The notes under the pieces were generated by a model. It saw nothing but the letters and a program-made list of their open reading frames with translations, searched no databases and was not told where the DNA came from. A stretch of 64,000 nt of DNA, from IMG/VR virus record IMGVR_UViG_3300050505_000464; one strand, written 5' to 3'. Shown piece by piece: positions 1 to 12,320 of this stretch; within the stretch, counting starts at the first letter, position 1; each line of letters begins with the position of its first letter. The DNA is from a virus. Position numbers and translations under genes: made by a program.

Positions 1-1200
1 AAAAATGGCTTGACAGGTGAACATAACATGAGGGTGCATTTCGACTGGGCACCCGATGGCGAGCTCCTCGGCGCAGATGTCGAGCAGCGGCCGGCGCCGC
101 CTGGGTCGACCGGGCAGCCGCCGCTGTACAGGCTGGAAACAAACGCCCAACGCATCATGCGTGAGACCCCGCAGAGCATCAAAGATCACGTTGCGCGAAC
201 GCTTGCTGAAGCGGCTGCAGGCGCCGGCGGCGAGATCGCTACGGGTTCCAAATAATAGTCGAAGGAGTGGATTCAATGGTGGTCTTGGTGTTTCACATTC
301 CCAATAATTACCCGTTCTACTACGGGAAGTTTGCAACAGCTGAAGCGGCTCAGTCCCAAGCTCAAGGCTTGTCTGACTTGGCAAGGCTGAAAACAGGCCA
401 CGCCACTTCCGCGCTCGAATGGGTCACGCTGGCTCCGACTGACGCGCTGTTCGACGAGATCCACGGAGATCGTCCGACGAAGATCTGGCGGGCGCCGTTC
501 GATGGCGGTTGGCACATGATTTTGGGGTACGGAGATCTGTTGCGTAGTGCAGTGGGAAACTGATGACTGGAATTTTTCGCCAACGCTTCGGATTCCCGCG
601 CCCCGCTGGACACCCGCGCAGGCAAGGCGCTTGGCGCTGTCCGAATTGCGCCGGTGACTGCTTCGGATCGTCGGCAGTGCCTCCGCCGTTCCGGTATTAT
701 TGCCACGGCAAGAGCGGCGCACATACAGAGCAAACTACGGGGTGCGGGTACTGGGAGACGAGTGACGAGCCACGCCAGAATGGTATTCGAAAGTGAAGAT
801 CTACTCCGTGACAGAGTTCCGGTCGAAGCCCGATGGCTGCGTCGACTACATCATTCGCGTGACCCACGACGCTCCGGATGAGCACGATCGCATCTACTCA
901 GTGCGCTGCGAGGCGTGGCTCGTAGCAGACTGGGGTGACGAGTCTGGCGCTTCGGAAGAGTGCTGGCGTGTCAGCGACAGCCCGCTTCAGGGTTACCGTC
1001 GCACCTCGGCTGGCCTCCCACCATCCGAACCCTCCACCAACCTCGACGCCCACGAGTGCAGCTGGGAGCTGCAACTCAAGTGGGACGGCTGCAGTAACTG
1101 GACGTACAACACCGACCACTACTGCAACGGGCTAGAGGGCCTCCTCGCGCAGCAAGCCGTCGAGCGCGAGTGCTTTCGCCAGGCGATCGAGGTGATGCGG

Positions 1201-1228
1201 GGAAGCTACGACGGGGACTGAGCGTAGG
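1201..1228 (+). promoter_or_regulatory. Putative ECF-sigma-type promoter, copy 1
   Basis: GGAAG(1201)-N17-CGTAG(1223-1227); ATG at 1236, 8 nt downstream. Confidence 0.5.
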
Positions 1229-1848
1229 AGTGGGCATGGCAAGAAATCTCGAGATCGAGCGCGCAGCGCGCATGGTGGCGAAACTGGGAGATTCTCTGCA
1301 GGTCGGGGGCCGTGTGCAGGGGAGCTACGATCGGAAACTCGCCCACCTCATCGCGCTCTGCGCCGAAGAGAGCTACATCGTGAAGGCCGCGCGCGTGCTA
1401 GTCCGTAGGATTGAGCATGTTGACGCTTTCCCCGATGCGATCGACGACGAAGACCTCGACTTATTGCATGATGAGATAGCTCGCGCCGGCGCACCGCCCT
1501 ACGAAGTTGGCACAGGCACCGAAACCGAAGACGATTGGGTCGCTCCGCTCCGAGCGGAGCTGACTCAGAGAAATCGATGATCCCCGCTCCTCTCGCCGCT
1601 GCCCTCGACGCGAAAGTGAAGGGCATGATCCGCCAGATCGAATGGGACTGGTCGCAGCTCCAGATGACGCTCGCTCGCGCCTTTGAAGAGCACATCGACG
1701 GCAACCACCCAGAAGCGCGCGTGCTGCTCAACCAAGCACTCGACATTGAGTGCGACGTGACGGGCGACTGCGCGCTGCTCGGTGACTTGGCTGAGGAGTG
1801 GGGCGTCGACTACGAGCGGGACAGGCCCTCGAGCCCGGAGGGCGGGAT

Positions 1849-1896
1849 AGCGTAACAGGTCGCCGTAACAGTGTCACCGGAACGCCCCCTGTTACG
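1849..1896 (+). repeat. CGTAAC-N7-CGTAAC direct repeat plus one inverted copy (putative operator)
   Basis: AGCGTAACAGGTCGCCGTAACAG at 1849-1871; CTGTTACG (reverse complement of CGTAACAG) at 1889-1896; intergenic. Confidence 0.55.
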
Positions 1897-1971
1897 GTAG
1901 AGGAAACCCCGAGAAATCAGCAGATTTCAGCCTGGCACGCGGGGTGCAGTAAAGCCTCCCATACGCCGCAG

Positions 1972-1998
1972 GGAAGGTCCCCGCGGCCCAAGCGTAGG
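1972..1998 (+). promoter_or_regulatory. Putative ECF-sigma-type promoter, copy 2
   Basis: GGAAG(1972)-N16-CGTAG(1993-1997); ATG at 2009. Confidence 0.55.
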
Positions 1999-2941
1999 AC
2001 AAGACACCATGACCCAACTCAGCCAAAGCGAGACTCAGGCGATCGAGACCACTCACCCGCTTCGCGCTGCTGTCGAAGCGGCTGAGACGACGTTGCGGTT
2101 CGCGCAGGACGCCTTCGCGGAGCTAAACGACGAGCTCTCTGGCGAAGACACCTATCTCGAGGTGGAGGCGGCGGCCGAAGCCGTGCGCAAGGCCGAGGCG
2201 GATCTCGAGCACGCCCAGAGCGAGCTCACCGATTCCGACTGCCCGCGCAAGTGGGCGCTCCGCGAAGAAGGTTTCGAGTACGATACGATCACGGCGGCGA
2301 GCGCCGAAGAGGCCCTCGGCATCGCTCGCGACAATTGCGACCGCGCCAACTACCCCGAGTCCACGGGCACGCTCTACATCGACGTGCGCGTGTCGTGCGA
2401 AGAGACCGGAGAGGACGCCTCCGAGACTGTCACGCTCGAGGCACCCGAGCCCGACTGCGCACGCGGCGAAACGCACGACTGGCAGTCGCCCCACTGCCTC
2501 GTCGGCGGCCTCGAAGAAAACCCGGGCGTACACGGGCACGGTGGCGGGGTCATCGTCACGGAGGTGTGCCGCCACTGCGGCTGCAAGCGCGTTCGCGACA
2601 CCTATGCCCAGAACCCCACGAACGGCCAGCAAGGGCTCGAGTCGGTCGAGTACGAGGAAGATGCCTACACGGCGGAAGAGCTCGCAGAAGCGTTTGGGGA
2701 AGAGGCGTGAGCTACTGCAGGCGCGGGCTCGACGGTTCGGACGTGTACCTGTACCCGTCAGGCATCGGAGAGGTGAGCCCAGACTGCCCGATCGTCTGCC
2801 AGGAATGCAAGCTGCAGCCGAGCGGCGATTACCTCGCTCACTCCCGCATGGCGGCCTTCGATCACCTGGGAGAGCACCAACACGCGGGGCACTCCGTGCC
2901 AGAGGCTGCGCTCCAGCGGCTGGAGCGGGAGATCGCCGCTG

Positions 2942-2962
2942 AGCGTAACAGGGACTCGTAAC
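2942..2962 (+). repeat. CGTAAC-N7-CGTAAC direct repeat (putative operator)
   Basis: AGCGTAACAGGGACTCGTAAC just before the ATG at 2967. Confidence 0.55.
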
Positions 2963-2966
2963 CCCC

Positions 2967-3500
2967 ATGAACATCTTCATTCTCGATGAAGACCCAGCGC
3001 GTGCCGCGCGCGATCTCTGTGACAAGCACGTCGTCAAGATGATTGTTGAGTCAGCCCAGATCTTGTCCACCGTCTATCGACAGGCGATGGAGCAAAGGTG
3101 GGGGCTCTCAGCCAAAGACCCGGCGCTGTTTCCTCGGCTGTACAAATCCACTCACCAGAATCATCCCGTGGTCAATTGGGTGAGGGAGTCGAGCCACAAC
3201 ACCGATTGGTTGTGGCAACATTTGCTGGGGATCGAGAAAGAGTACGCGCGGCGTTACCAGCGACTCCACAAAACCCAGGCTGTCATCCGCGAACTGAATG
3301 GGACTCGGTGGGCTATCTGGGAGGAGCTCGGCGATTGGCGTATGCACACCCCTTTTGCTCAATGTGTGCCGGAGAGGTACCGAGATCAGGGGGATGCGGT
3401 CCGAGCCTATCGAGCTTTTTACCGGGGCGAGAAGGCAAGGTTTGCGAAGTGGGCGCATCAAGCCGAGCCCACTTGGTGGGGGCCGCGCCTGGCCGCCTGA
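2967..3500 (+). CDS. Pyrimidine-dimer DNA glycosylase / endonuclease V-like protein
   Basis: N-terminus MNIFILDEDP..AA..LCDKHVVKMIVESAQILST and YKSTH.NHP motif typical of the phage T4 DenV-related family. Confidence 0.8.
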   Translation: MNIFILDEDPARAARDLCDKHVVKMIVESAQILSTVYRQAMEQRWGLSAKDPALFPRLYKSTHQNHPVVNWVRESSHNTDWLWQHLLGIEKEYARRYQRLHKTQAVIRELNGTRWAIWEELGDWRMHTPFAQCVPERYRDQGDAVRAYRAFYRGEKARFAKWAHQAEPTWWGPRLAA

Positions 3501-3527
3501 GGAAGATCTCTCAACCGTTTACGTAGG
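3501..3527 (+). promoter_or_regulatory. Putative ECF-sigma-type promoter, copy 3
   Basis: GGAAGATCT(3501)...CGTAG(3522-3526), spacer 16; ATG at 3535, 8 nt downstream. Confidence 0.65.
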
Positions 3528-3966
3528 ACTGATCATGGCACGCAAGAGCACCGGCTGGGGCTACAAGATCGACTACGCGAAGGCAATCGCCGAAGACCTG
3601 GCGGAGATCGCCCAGGTCGAGCGCCACGTTGCGCTCGCGGCGGTCTTGACGGACGACGAGCGCGCTCGTGGCCCGTACCATGTCCCCCTCTTCGTGTTCC
3701 TGATGACCGACCCGGTATCCCGCGCGCCGCTGCTCGGCCTGACCCTGGAGGCCGCTCAGGAACTCGCGTGGCACTGGGATTACGGGCAGGTCCCTGGGCT
3801 GACCGAGCCCCCTCCAGGGTGGTTCGCGCGCGCCTCAGCAAACGAGCAGCGGCTCGAAGAGACGTTCGGGTCGGACGTGATCTCGAGCCCACAAAAGCTC
3901 CTCGCCAAACTGCGGGCTCGGCTCGCCCGGCATCGTCGCAACGCGCAGAAAAACGGCTTCCCAGAG

Positions 3967-3987
3967 AGCGTAACAGGGCCCCGTAAC
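3967..3987 (+). repeat. CGTAAC-N7-CGTAAC direct repeat (putative operator)
   Basis: AGCGTAACAGGGCCCCGTAAC; same 13-nt periodicity as the other two copies. Confidence 0.55.
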
Positions 3988-4608
3988 ACCCCTGCCGTGT
4001 GACGGTCTCCCCGGGCCGTCACACCCTAAAAACCAGCCACATCCTCAGGTCTGACCCCTGGCACGACCCCTGCAGTACCCATCCCCATGACCCTCTCCAG
4101 CACCACCCGAAAGTCCGCCCTCCCCACCCATCAGATCCTCTGCCAGGGCTGCCAGAAGACCGGCCGCTACGACGCGACCCAAGGCGAGCGAGCCCCCTGG
4201 TGCACCTGCTCCACCTGCACCTACGGCCCCTACGTGGCCGCTCCGGGCGTCATCATCGCGCTCCGCTATGAGTCGCAAGAAGACGCCGCCTTCCGTGAGG
4301 AAGCGCGCCTGGTGAGCAATGCGGAGCGCGCCGCGCGTGACGCCCTGTCGGGCCGCTACGTGAAGGCGGGTAAGGGCTGGCGCGAGCTCCCGAAGACGAG
4401 CCCCAAGCGCCGCGTGCTCGAGTCGGCGTACCGCAAGGCCTGCCGCACCCAAGAGGCCGTGCAGGCCCGCTGCTCGCACCCGGAGCGGAGCCTGTTCAGC
4501 AAGGCTCACTGCGGGGTCTGCCACGCCTACGTTGAGTGCGACGTGGAGCAGCACCGTCACCTCGCGCGCGAGCTCGGCGCGCGCCAAGCGAACCGCTTGG
4601 CCGTCTGA

Positions 4609-4636
4609 GGAAGATCTCTCACCCCGATCACGTAGG
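4609..4636 (+). promoter_or_regulatory. Putative ECF-sigma-type promoter, copy 4
   Basis: GGAAGATCT(4609)...CGTAG(4631-4635), spacer 17; ATG at 4645. Confidence 0.65.
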
Positions 4637-5570
4637 ATAAGCCGATGGCAACGCACAACGACCCCGACCACCACGACGTGTTCCCCGGCGGCAGAGCTGG
4701 CCGGGAGGTAAACCCGGTGCCGCGCGTGCTTCCCGTGACCCAAGCCGACATCGACGACGTGCTCCGCCGTGCTGGGCTCCCGACCTCGCTCGAAGAGCCG
4801 ACCATCCCCGCTCCGCCCAAGACCTTCTGCGACCACGCAATCGGCCTCGAGATCTACGTGCCAGTCATCGACCCCCGCGGCTACCTGCGCGCCCCGATCG
4901 CCGTCCACGCTTCTCTCCTCACTCACCCCCTGTACTGAGCCTCACCATGAGCCTTGCCCGAGACATTCAGCAGACCTTGACCGAAGCGATCCTCGCCGAC
5001 TCAGCGAGCGCCCCCGCGCATCAGCAGCGGATCCCGACCGGTATCGACTTTGCCGATCCGGAAGGCCTCGACGCTTACGCAGCTCGCATTGAGGCGCTCC
5101 GCATGCAGGCGCTCCTCGACAGCGACGGCGGCCGTGCGCCCCTCGCTGACGAGCACTTCCTCATCGCACTCGACCTTTTGAGCCAAGCCATGCGCCACGT
5201 ACGCCTGGCGAGTCTCCATCAGGCAGCGGGGCTCGCCGCCCCGCGTCTCCGTTACTGACTCCCAACCATTCACCAGAGACCATTCCCATGAGAATTGCCG
5301 CCCACTTCCTGAAAGAGCTCATCGAACACTCCGGTCGTCTAAAAGATGGCCCCATCGGACAGATGGCCGTGCTCCGCATGGCGCTCGACCTCCGCGAAGC
5401 GCACGAAAAGATCGCCCAGCTCGAGAGCACGCTGGCGCTCCGCGAAGCCACGCAGAAGCCGCGCCCGAAGAAGGGCGCACTCGCGCTCGTGACCGAAGAG
5501 GTGGTCACGGGGCGCTTCGGGGATCCGCGCAGCGACGGCTACGAGGAAACCGCGGCAGTGCGTGAAGTGG

Positions 5571-5597
5571 GGAAGAAAGTCGACTACCGGGCGTAGG
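5571..5597 (+). promoter_or_regulatory. Putative ECF-sigma-type promoter, copy 5
   Basis: GGAAG(5571)-N16-CGTAG(5592-5596); ATG at 5605, 8 nt downstream. Confidence 0.5.
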
Positions 5598-6389
5598 ACC
5601 AGATATGGACCCGTTGACTCGAGACCGTATCATCGCGCTAGCAAAGCTCTTGGCGGACGCCGCCGCGAGCAAGCGCGCGGCGCCTGATGAGGAAAAGCCT
5701 CTCCACGACTTGGCCTGTGATGCGATCATTCATGAGTTGGTGAGAGTAAGCTTGTCTGATCACCCAATCGTGCAAGCCGCGCGCAAGCTCGTGGCCGTGA
5801 CGTTCGAGAACTCGTTCAACCGCATCGAGTTTCCTCTGGTGGACTACAAGCTCTTCGAGCGAGCGGTGAAAAACTACCCTTAACCACTACTCACGCTAGG
5901 AGCGGCCCCACGAGCTGATGTCGTGTCCTCCCCCGCTCCGATTCGTTCGCGGGGCCACTCCTGGCGTGAGATACACACTGGTGACCAATGGCCAGTCGCA
6001 AATCTCGAACCAAACAACACCGACGAGATCGTCGCAAGGCTAAGCAGTCGGGCTGGCGCCGCGAGCCCAAGCAGATGGGCGGTCACATTGGCCATGGTAC
6101 CTCAGGGGCGAAAACCACTGTGCCTACGACAAAAAGAAAACTGTCTCCTCACGCTGCTGCGCCGGCTCCCGGCGCGCCGCTCACCTTCACTCTGGAAGGC
6201 GCGCTGAAAAAGCCATGACTCCGCGCGCCCACAAGAGCAGCGTCGCCGGCACGAACTACGTGATCTTCGTGTGGTGCGGCAGGACACGCGGCGCGGTCAA
6301 CTCTTACCCGGACGGCTACGTGTCCCCTGATGCGCCCGAAGCAGAAGAGCAGACCTGCCAGGCCTGCATCACGGCGCGGGACTTCGCAG

Positions 6390-6416
6390 GGAAGATCTCC
6401 CGCATGCGTGCGTAAC
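6390..6416 (+). promoter_or_regulatory. Putative ECF-sigma-type promoter, copy 6
   Basis: GGAAGATCT(6390)...CGTAA(6411-6415), spacer 16; ATG at 6424, 8 nt downstream; no Shine-Dalgarno in between. Confidence 0.6.
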
Positions 6417-6423
6417 ACCTAGC

Positions 6424-7602
6424 ATGACCTTCTCGCTCCTCGTTCCCCAAGAAGCCCTCCCAAAGGTGCTCAAGCGCCTGGACAAGCTCGCCTGCTCGGC
6501 GGGCGTCCTGATCGAGGAGGTCCCCGGCACGACCACCCTGATCCGGGAAAAGAGCGTGCTCACCTGCGCGCGCCTCACCATCGGCGATCTGCCGAGCGTC
6601 GGCGGCTACGAATTCGTGGCGCGCATCGAGCACGGCAAGGAGGGCAACATCATCGCCCGCGGCCCGAAGGAGACGGAAACGCTCGATACCTCCTGGCGCA
6701 CCGCCGCTCCGCTCTGCGAGCACTGTGGCAAGCAGCGCTCGCGAAAGGAGACGTTTCTCCTGCGTCAGTACGGCATGCGCATCATGCAGATCGGTCGCAA
6801 TTGCCTGGCTGACTTCCTGATGGTCAACCCGGCGCAGCTCGTCGCCATCGCTGAGCTCGTGAAGAAGGTCTCGGACGAGATGGGCGACGAGTACTGGGGC
6901 GGCTATGGCGGCTTCTGGGAGGTCGCGCCGATCGCTTACCTGGCGTGCGCCGTTGCGACAACGGAGCGCGACGGATTCGTGAAGAGCAAGGATCCCTCCG
7001 ATCGCATGCCGACGCACGCCGTCGCGACTTGGCTGAGCCAAAGCTCACCGGGCAGCGCCGAAGCGCACGCTCGCTGGCTCGCCGGGCAACCGAACGAAGA
7101 CCACATCGAAACCGCACACGCCGTCCTCGCCTGGGCCGCCAATCCCGGCGAAAACCCCTCCGAGTACCGCTGGAACCTCTCCCTCGCTGTCAAGGCCTCC
7201 GGGGTCGGCAAGCACGCGGGGCTCCTCGCCAGCGCGCCGGCGGCCTACAACTGTGAGCTCGGCAAGCTCGTCCAGAAGAAGCTCCCTGCAAAGCGTCCCG
7301 AAGGCTACGCGGTAGAAAAACACATGGTCTTCAAAGGAGAGGTAACGCTCGTGCGCCACTACCTCATGCAAAACGACTTCGGCTCGAAGGCGATCTGCAC
7401 GTTCCGGACGGACGAGGGCCACGAGCTCGTCTGGTTTGCTTCCGGCATCGCGCCGAAGCCCGACATGCAGGGCATGCGCTTTCAGATCAAGGGACGCTGC
7501 AAGGCCCTCAAGCCGGCGCAGGGCAAGTACGCGCAGCAGGCGGTGCTCGCGCGGGTGACCTGGAAACCGATCGAGCAAAAGGAAGAGAGCCAAGCGCCAT
7601 GA
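6424..7602 (+). CDS. Phage-type hypothetical protein with CxxC...C Zn site and probable C-terminal OB-like domain
   Basis: 392-aa ORF; CEHCGKQRSRKETF...QIGRNCL motif; beta-rich C-terminus. Confidence 0.5.
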   Translation: MTFSLLVPQEALPKVLKRLDKLACSAGVLIEEVPGTTTLIREKSVLTCARLTIGDLPSVGGYEFVARIEHGKEGNIIARGPKETETLDTSWRTAAPLCEHCGKQRSRKETFLLRQYGMRIMQIGRNCLADFLMVNPAQLVAIAELVKKVSDEMGDEYWGGYGGFWEVAPIAYLACAVATTERDGFVKSKDPSDRMPTHAVATWLSQSSPGSAEAHARWLAGQPNEDHIETAHAVLAWAANPGENPSEYRWNLSLAVKASGVGKHAGLLASAPAAYNCELGKLVQKKLPAKRPEGYAVEKHMVFKGEVTLVRHYLMQNDFGSKAICTFRTDEGHELVWFASGIAPKPDMQGMRFQIKGRCKALKPAQGKYAQQAVLARVTWKPIEQKEESQAP

Positions 7603-9781
7603 CTATGCCGGACTCAGAACTGGACCTAGCCAATCAGCGCATAGCGTGGCTCGAGGACGAAGTCGTTCGACTAAAAAGAGACTGGATCTCTCCTCACGAA
7701 AGCCAAGAGCTTCGCGGCAAAGCTTGGGCCGATGGCCACGCGGCGGCTCTTCGTGGTGTCAATGATAATCCGTATCTGCCGGTGCCTTCCCCAAGAAAGA
7801 GCCAGCGATGAGCGATCCCATCTGCGGCACATGCGGAGAGCCCAAGTCCAAGCACGTCAAGACGGCGCTCGGGCCATTCACGCACCCGCGCGAAGCGACC
7901 GGCGAAGGAGCCTACGTGCTCGTCCATCAGGGGCACACCATGGGCAGACTCAGCCCAGCCGACGACGAGATCTACGTCCCGCCGGGATACAAGTTCGTGA
8001 GGCATCATGACCCAGCGGACGCGGAGGATTCCGGATGACGATCGAAGCCCCAAAGCCTCGTCGCGAGCTCTTCATCTGGTGGACAACCGACCAAGAAGCG
8101 CGGGAGCCCGGCCTCGCCCGAAACTTGCCCGAGTACGTGCAAGAGCAGTACCTATTGAGGTGGGCAGCGCGCGGCCGGGCGCAGCTGTTTGCGTCGGAGA
8201 AGTTCGGGAGGCGCGAGATCTCCGAATGGCCTCCGACGATGATCGCGAGCATGCTCAAGGAAGGAACCTCCGACGGCATCGTATTCGTGAGTAGTGACCT
8301 TCCGGATTTCAAGGGCGTGCCGGGTCTCGTGACTGATTTCAAACTCCGAGTGGTGGTGATCTGAATGTACAACTGCTTCGGTAAATGGTCGTGTTGCTGC
8401 GTCATGAGGCACATTTCATTCCACGATGATGCCCCTGAACCCAGCAAGGTTCCGGTCCAACGTCCGTGGTGGAAGTTTTGGTGATGACCGACGACAATCT
8501 CCGCCACATCCGGCCCCTGCTCGCGCTCCTAGTCATCCCTGACGCGCACCACGCGCGCGTGACCGTCCGCGGCGACCGAACCATGACGCCGACCGAGGCA
8601 CGCGCTCACGCGATCGAGGTGCTCTACGCCGCCGACGAAGCCGAAGGTAACGAGGTGCTGGGGGCGTTCGGGTACGATGCGGACGACTCGAAGCACCTGG
8701 GCGAGCTCCGCATGCTGATCGACGAAGAGCTCGGCTGGGAGGACGACGAGCAGGAGTGCGACGGGGACTACGCCACGCGCGTCAAGCAGGTGGGCGAGAT
8801 CTTGCGGCGTAAGCTACGGGTGGTGAAGCCATGACTTGGACCAACAGCAAACTCGGTCGTCAACGTGACTGGAACATCTTGCGCCTGGCCCTCTTCGAGG
8901 ATGCCCCTGGGCAATGGGAGCTATGCTTGTACCTGCGCCCCGGCGTCACGCTGGGCGTGACGAGTGGGAGCGTCATCCCTGGGCACGCGCCGAGCGATCA
9001 GGTGCCGCGTATTGCGAAGATCCCATTCGGTGGGCCGTTCTACTTGGGGCGGCGCGAGGCGGAGGAATGGGCCGTGCAATTAGCCGGCAAGTGGCTTGAT
9101 GAGCACCTGGAAGAACTCATCGCAGGAAAGAGGTTTAGCGTATGACCGTCATTGAAGCGATCGATCAGCTGGATGAGGAGTTCGCAGAGCTCGATCCCAG
9201 CGTTACGCTCACTGTCGAGCAAGGCAGGGAGCTGCTCCTGTGTTGCAAGCGGCTCGCGCTCTGGTGCAGAGCGTTGAGCCGGCAAATCGATCAGGTCGAC
9301 GAGGGCGTTTCTGCGGTTGCTCGAGGCTTGCAGGCGACCGAGCGTTTCGTCGGGGCCCCGCAACCATGATCCCCGCCCCGACTCCCGAGCAAGCCGTCCA
9401 CGTGCTCGAGATCTTGGAGCAGTGGACGCAGCGCGGTTGGCGCTACGAGGTTGACCCGAAGATCAATCGCGCTCCTGGCGAAGCAGAATCGGTCTTCGTT
9501 CATTATACAAATCCCGATAACCCGTACGGATGGGTGATGCGCGCCACGGAGTCGGCAGACTTTGCCCCGGTGCTCCGCGCACGCGGCGTGAACCACTTCG
9601 ATGCTCTCTGCCAGGCCACCACGGCGATGCAAATGCTACTCGAAGAGTACCCGGAGGAGACCTGATGCCCCACAGCTCACGCCAGTGCCGTCCCAGGCAC
9701 GCCTGGAGCCTTCGCCGATCTCTTCTATACCGAGAACGGGTGCCTCGCCCAGCTAGTTGAAAAGCTGTATCCTCCTCCGAA

Positions 9782-10798
9782 GTGAGCGATTTCCTCGGCC
9801 GCCCCGATCCCCTGCATCTCTCCCCGCCCCAGCGGCTGGAAGCAGAGCGCCTCTACGCGCGGGCGCTCCGCTTCGAGCGCGAAGGCACGCCCGCCAACAC
9901 CAAGCGCGCCTACGAGGGGGACTGGAAGCGGTTCGAGGGGTGGTGCGCGGCCTGGGGGCACCGCGCGCTCCCCGCCTCGCCACAGGTCGTGATCCTCTAC
10001 GTGACGTACCTGGCCGATCCGGAGCGTCCAGGAGGCTCGCAGAAGCCGAGCACTATCGAGCGGGCCATGGCAGCGCTCAGCCACTACCACAAGGTGCGGG
10101 GCTACGTGCCGCCCCGGCAATCGATCCACGTGCAGCAGCACATCCGCAAAGTCAAGAACGCGCTCAAGATGGCCCCCGAGCAGGCGCCACCGCTGCTCGT
10201 CCGGCACCTGGAGAAGATCGTCGCGCGGATGCCGGCGACCGATCCCATTGCCATGCGCGACAAGGCGCTGCTCCTCGTTGGATGGGCCGGCGCGCTCCGG
10301 CGGAGCGAGATCGCAGCGCTCGATCGCCCGCACGCGGTGTTTACCCCGGAGGGGATCCAGCTCACCATCGCTTCTTCGAAGACCGACCAAGAGGGGCAAG
10401 GCGAGCTCATCCCGATCGAGCCCGCCAGTAACCCCGATCTCTGCCCCGTCGGAGCCCTGCGCACGTGGCTTGATGCCAGCCCCGACGTGATGGAGATCGT
10501 CCAGGCAGTCTTCCCCCGCACCTACTACGGCGGCCTCGTGCTCGATCGCATGCCGGAATGGGAGGTCAATGACGTGGTGAAGAAGTGGGCGCGCAAGACG
10601 GGCATCACGCCCGACCAGCCAGGGGTCGAGTTTAGCGGGCACTCGCTCCGGGCGGGATTCATCACGGAGGCAGCGCGCGCGGGGCGCCCCGAGTGGCAAA
10701 TCATGACCCACTCGCGACACAAGAGCTACGAGAGCTTCCGCGGCTACATCCGCCGCGCCAACCTCTTCCAAGACAATCCGGGACGAGGCCTCCTTTGA
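9782..10798 (+). CDS. int: Tyrosine recombinase / site-specific integrase
   Basis: LRRSEI (Arg box I), SKTDQ (Lys), SGHSLRAG (HxxR), SRHKS and C-terminal YIR; N-terminal SAM-like domain (TKRAYEGDWKRFEGWC). Confidence 0.92.
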   Translation: MSDFLGRPDPLHLSPPQRLEAERLYARALRFEREGTPANTKRAYEGDWKRFEGWCAAWGHRALPASPQVVILYVTYLADPERPGGSQKPSTIERAMAALSHYHKVRGYVPPRQSIHVQQHIRKVKNALKMAPEQAPPLLVRHLEKIVARMPATDPIAMRDKALLLVGWAGALRRSEIAALDRPHAVFTPEGIQLTIASSKTDQEGQGELIPIEPASNPDLCPVGALRTWLDASPDVMEIVQAVFPRTYYGGLVLDRMPEWEVNDVVKKWARKTGITPDQPGVEFSGHSLRAGFITEAARAGRPEWQIMTHSRHKSYESFRGYIRRANLFQDNPGRGLL

Positions 10799-12293
10799 AC
10801 CCATTCGATCTCCCTGAACAAGGCTCCGGTGAGCCCGTCAAGACTCGGTGCCCGTGCGGCGCCGAGCGCTCCGAGTCGGACATCTTGTGCCCCGTGCTGA
10901 TCGATGTGCGGCCTATTGAAGGCGGCAGGCTCATCGAGCGATGCTACATGCAATCGCGGTGCTGCAGCCAATGCGGGACCCTGTACACGCTCCTCGAGCG
11001 TCACTCCACCCAATAGACCATGAGCTTCGAGGACGAGGACCCCCAAGACTGGGTCACCGAGATCTTTGCCGAAGCGCAGGAGTCGGTGTCGATGTTCAAG
11101 CGGGTGGCGGGCATGCTCGGCCAGGCGGGATCGATGCGCGTCACGGGGCGCGCATTCCGCGAGCGCCTGCGGCGCGCCGGCATCCGGCCCCCGAAGCCCC
11201 GGATGAATGCCGCACCCGGGGAGTTTGCACGGAAAGCCCATCCGTGTCTCTTGTGCCGGAAACTCCCTCAAGAGTATGGTTCTTGTCGGTGCGCCGACTG
11301 CAACCAACAGCGTCGCCTCAAGCGGCGCCATCCCTCTCGACCCGCGCGCACCCAGGACTCCCCATGAACTTCGACAACATGACTCAAAAGGCACTCCGTC
11401 ACTGCTTCGTTCCGGCTGACCAAGCGAGCCTCACGCTCGTGTTCATGGACGGCATGCGGCGATCGTTTGGCTTCGGGGCGGGCAACGTGAAGTCACTCAC
11501 GCAGCCCAATGACACCGAGGGCTGCGTCTTCTCTGGCCAGGTCACGCTCGGCCCTGCCGAGCCCAATCTCCGCTCGATGATCTTCGACACCGATCGCGGC
11601 CCCATCACGCTCACGTACGGCGTCATCGATCCTCAAGTGGTGCCCGTCGAGCTCCCCGAGTGAGTCGCATCGCCGCACGCGAGAAGTTCCTGTGGCGCGG
11701 CTGGGAGTTTCGTCAGTCGCACGCCACAAGCAAAGAGGTGCACTGGGAGATGCGGCTCCCGAAGCTCCGCGTGCGGCTGATCTATCGCGACATCCAAGAT
11801 CCCGAGGTGCCCCCCGAGTGGACTGCGCTGATCCACTTTCAGGGGCTCGAGGAGGGGCGAGGCGAGAGCCACGAGGGGGGTAACGGCGTCGGGGGGAAGC
11901 CCGAGATCGCGCTAGCGCTAGCGGAGCGAGACTTCCTGCAGAAATGCGCGCACGCGGCGAAGCTGTCGGCCGAATTGCGCCGGGGAAAGCCGCCTGATCC
12001 GGAAGGTTGACAGCGACATGCCATCAGCGTAGTGTCAGAGCCGTGCCTGAACACAAGGTCGTGATTCCCAAATTTGTCTGCTGGGCAGAAGGGCCACTCG
12101 GCGCGATGGCCCCGACAGTACTCCGCGCGCTGACCGCAGCTGACGCGATCTCGCAGGCAGAGTTGCTGCTTCGCAGGAGAGACTACTGGAAGCTAGCCCG
12201 GGTAGAGCCCTACGACCCAACTGGCACGCATCAACTGATGAAGTTTTCTATCGAGCCCTGGGGATCCGGGGCCGCAGCAGAGTTCTGAGCCAG

Positions 12294-12320
12294 GGAAGAT
12301 CTCCCGATCACACCACGTAG
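12294..12320 (+). promoter_or_regulatory. Putative ECF-sigma-type promoter, copy 7
   Basis: GGAAGATCT(12294)...CGTAG(12316-12320), spacer 17; ATG at 12329, 8 nt downstream; no Shine-Dalgarno in between. Confidence 0.65.

Noticed and set aside
1849-3987. CRISPR array or att sites from the repeated CGTAAC and GGAAGATCT elements
   Set aside because: Repeats are short, dispersed by about 1 kb and gene-associated, with no regular repeat-spacer structure and no cas genes.
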